This document shows, one piece after another, positions 18,531 through 20,509 of a DNA stretch of 20,509 bases. This stretch comes from Candidatus Hydrogenedentota bacterium (GTDB taxonomy: Bacteria; Hydrogenedentota; Hydrogenedentia; Hydrogenedentales; SLHB01), in NCBI GenBank assembly GCA_029974275.1, contig JARKSN010000107.1:1-20509 (forward strand). The letters are read 5' to 3'. Each line of letters starts with the position of its first letter. The stretch's first letter is position 1. Below the pieces are notes generated by a model. The model saw nothing but the letters and a program-made list of their open reading frames with translations, ran no database searches and was not told where the DNA came from. Both the position numbers and the translations under genes were made by a program.

Positions 18531-18649
18531 GGTCTTACCCCTTCTTTCACACCGCCCCGACTTGGAACGTTTGCTCGCGCCGGACACGCTCCCACAGCGC
18601 CGCACAGACACTCGCGGCCATCACGGCGATACACAGTTCGCTTTCATAG

Positions 18650-18678
18650 ATTATGGCCTGCTTCCTGCCATATGTCAA
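18650..18678 (-). promoter_or_regulatory. Sigma70-type promoter for the LRR/VWA lipoprotein cluster
   Basis: Minus strand TTGACA (18678-18673), 17-nt spacer, CATAAT (18655-18650). Confidence 0.7.
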
Positions 18679-18997
18679 TAGTTTTTCTTTCGTGAAGGCC
18701 CCTATAAGTGACTTGATTCCCGAAAAGGATCGATATTCGCGAGTGCATACACCGCAAAACCCGCAAAACTTCCTTTCCTCTCAGCACACATGAACATGGC
18801 CGCACGTCGCACATCGCCCGCCCCCATCGACGCAGCCGAATAATGAGCTTTTTACTATTTATGAACATCTCGCCCCACTCAAGCCCTTCGCGCTCTACAT
18901 GGCATACCCCTCGTCCTGTTTTCCGCAACCTTTCACGATCTTCTTCATGCAATGCCCCGATCCCCCCGCCCCTACCGCCAAACCCTATCGGGGCGAT

Positions 18998-19026
18998 TCG
19001 ACAACTCGCCACACAAGCAGTACAAT
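18998..19026 (+). promoter_or_regulatory. Sigma70-type promoter for the DUF151 gene
   Basis: TCGACA (18998-19003), 17-nt spacer, TACAAT (19021-19026), followed by a GGAGG RBS and ATG 19059. Confidence 0.6.
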
Positions 19027-19058
19027 GAAGCGCGATTCCGCTCACGGAGGATTCCATC

Positions 19059-19523
19059 ATGATCGAATTGGAAGTCTTGGGGATTCACAGCGACGGCCAA
19101 TCCGCCCCCCTGGTTCTCTTGCGCCACGAAGAGCGCCTGTTGCCGATTGTCGTCGGGTTTGCCGAAGCCGACGCCATCCATGCCGCCCTGACGCACCGCG
19201 ATCTGGGAAGGCCTATGACGCACGACCTTATCTGCAATATTCTCGCTGGACTCCAAGGCGTGTTGCGGTCGGTCACCATCTATAAACTCGAAAACGACAC
19301 CTTCTACGCCTATTTGAGCATCGAACAGGTCTCCGGCGACGGCGACACCCAAGAAGTCCTCCGGGTGGATGCACGCCCCAGCGACAGCATCGCCATCGCC
19401 TTGCGGGTGGAAGCGCCCATCTTCGTCGCCGAAGAAGTCTTGGAAAAGGCCGGACAGGACATCTCCACGCTCGGGACGCAAGAGGACGACGAGGAAGGCG
19501 AGTCCTCCGAATTCGACGCATAG
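19059..19523 (+). CDS. Bifunctional nuclease family protein (DUF151/BFN)
   Basis: PLVLL....RLLPIVVGFAEADAI, RPMTHDL, TFYAYL and VDARPSDSIAIALRVEAPIFV motifs. Acidic C-terminal tail; GGAGG RBS. Confidence 0.93.
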   Translation: MIELEVLGIHSDGQSAPLVLLRHEERLLPIVVGFAEADAIHAALTHRDLGRPMTHDLICNILAGLQGVLRSVTIYKLENDTFYAYLSIEQVSGDGDTQEVLRVDARPSDSIAIALRVEAPIFVAEEVLEKAGQDISTLGTQEDDEEGESSEFDA

Positions 19524-19572
19524 ACCGCGTCTCTTCCCCCCTCGTTGGCACGGCGAAAATGGCGGAAAACTT

Positions 19573-20091
19573 TTATCGTCTGGCGAGGTCTCCGGAACGC
19601 AAAAAGGGAACGGGGTTGCAGGCCTTGGCATTGCGGCGCACTTCATAGTGCAGGTGATTGCCTGTGGCCCTTCCCGTCGAGCCGACATGCCCAACGATTT
19701 CCCCCCGCTTTACCCGCTGTCCAACCCGCACAACCCGTCTGCTTAGATGGGCATAAAGAGTCTGATACCCCCCGTCATGCTCCAGGATGATCACTTCTCC
19801 ATACCCGCCTCGATTGCGTCCCGAAACAACACAGTCCCCACTCGCCGTAGCATGCACGGGCGTGCCCTTGGGAGCGGGAATATCGACTCCTTGATGAATG
19901 CGCTGACCGCCTCCATTTGACGCAGACCGAGCCCCAAAATCCGAAGAAATAAGCCGATATTGAGCCGTAAGCGGCCATCCTGCGGGGACAGAGGCGGACG
20001 GTTCCTGGACGCGTGGCCGACCGGTCGCGCAGGCAGGCAATACAAGGATCGCTGCCAGCAACAACGCCCTGACGACAGCGCATTTCACCAC
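19573..20091 (-). CDS. M23 family metallopeptidase, probable lipoprotein
   Basis: ISSDFGAR, HQGVD (HxxxD), GYGEVIILEH, TLYAHL and GSTGRATGNHLHYEVR (HxH). Signal-like ALLLAAILVLPA-C. Start uncertain: GTG 20091/20088 or ATG 20181. Confidence 0.9.
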   Translation of the reverse strand: MVKCAVVRALLLAAILVLPACATGRPRVQEPSASVPAGWPLTAQYRLISSDFGARSASNGGGQRIHQGVDIPAPKGTPVHATASGDCVVSGRNRGGYGEVIILEHDGGYQTLYAHLSRRVVRVGQRVKRGEIVGHVGSTGRATGNHLHYEVRRNAKACNPVPFLRSGDLARR

Positions 20092-20255
20092 GCCATATCC
20101 AGTTTTTTCCGTCAAAATCCCTCTTCTGCAGACCCTTTTCGAAAAAGATCGGATGCCATTTCGCCTATCCCGTTCTCGCATTTTTCGGCCCCAACCCTTG
20201 GCCGTGCAGTCCCACAAAACTCCTCGGAAACGTGATTTTTTGTTTTTCTGTCAAT

Positions 20256-20284
20256 ATATTACCCGGCATACGCACTTTTGGCAA
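20256..20284 (-). promoter_or_regulatory. Candidate sigma70 promoter for the M23 peptidase
   Basis: Minus strand TTGCCA (20284-20279), 17-nt spacer, TAATAT (20261-20256), within an AT-rich patch. Confidence 0.45.
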
Positions 20285-20359
20285 GGAAATTCGATGGACA
20301 GGGACATCGCATTAAATGGCCGAGGAAAATGGTGCATGGGAATAGCCATCGTTAATGTT

Positions 20360-20508
20360 TTTGTAACACTCGGTCTTTGTGCCGGGCGGGTCTGGCGCAA
20401 CGATCCGGGGCGGCGTGGATTCGTCTCATCGCTTGCCGTAAAACCGCCCGGCACGGAGACCGGGCGCTACAAAGCGGACGCCCGGCACGGAGACCGGGCG
20501 CTACAAAG
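20360..20508. repeat. GTAG-type REP-like palindromic repeat cluster (2 identical direct copies plus 1 decayed inverted copy)
   Basis: CGCCCGGCACGGAGACCGGGCGCTACAAAG at 20445-20474 and 20479-20508, with internal stem CGCCCGG/CCGGGCG and GTAG on the reverse strand. Inverted copy TTTGTAACACTCGGTCTTTGTGCCGGGCG at 20360-20388 has 5 transitions. Confidence 0.8.
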
Positions 20509-20509
20509 A

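Noticed and set aside
18644..19060. Small ORFs in the divergent promoter region
   Set aside because: No motifs or convincing RBS, and they overlap the two predicted promoters.
20251..20454. 67-aa minus-strand ORF
   Set aside because: Runs through the REP-like repeats and the candidate promoter, with no recognisable protein features.
20445..20508. CRISPR array
   Set aside because: The 30-nt repeats are separated by only 4 nt, an inverted copy exists, and no cas genes are in the window. This fits REP elements instead.

Overview
GC-rich bacterial window with three parts. (1) 1-8426 (+): an A/V-type ATP synthase/ATPase operon in I-K-E-C-F-A-B-D order, starting inside subunit I. Its K subunit carries the full Na+-binding signature. 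The operon is interrupted by two toxin-antitoxin modules, a DUF2281-like/PIN (VapC) pair between F and A and an MNT/HEPN pair between A and B, and by a degenerate palindromic repeat between B and D. (2) 8515-11157 (+): a GH38 alpha-mannosidase-like glycoside hydrolase. (3) 11229-18530 (-): a three-gene lipoprotein cluster behind a near-consensus sigma70 promoter, made of one LRR lipoprotein and two paralogous large BACON/Ig-like-repeat + VWA proteins. After it come a DUF151/bifunctional-nuclease gene (+), an M23 peptidase (-) and a cluster of GTAG-type REP-like repeats at the right edge. The recurrent Gly-Cys-Pro lipobox tentatively suggests Candidatus Hydrogenedentota (inference only). All calls come from reading motifs; no database searches were run.
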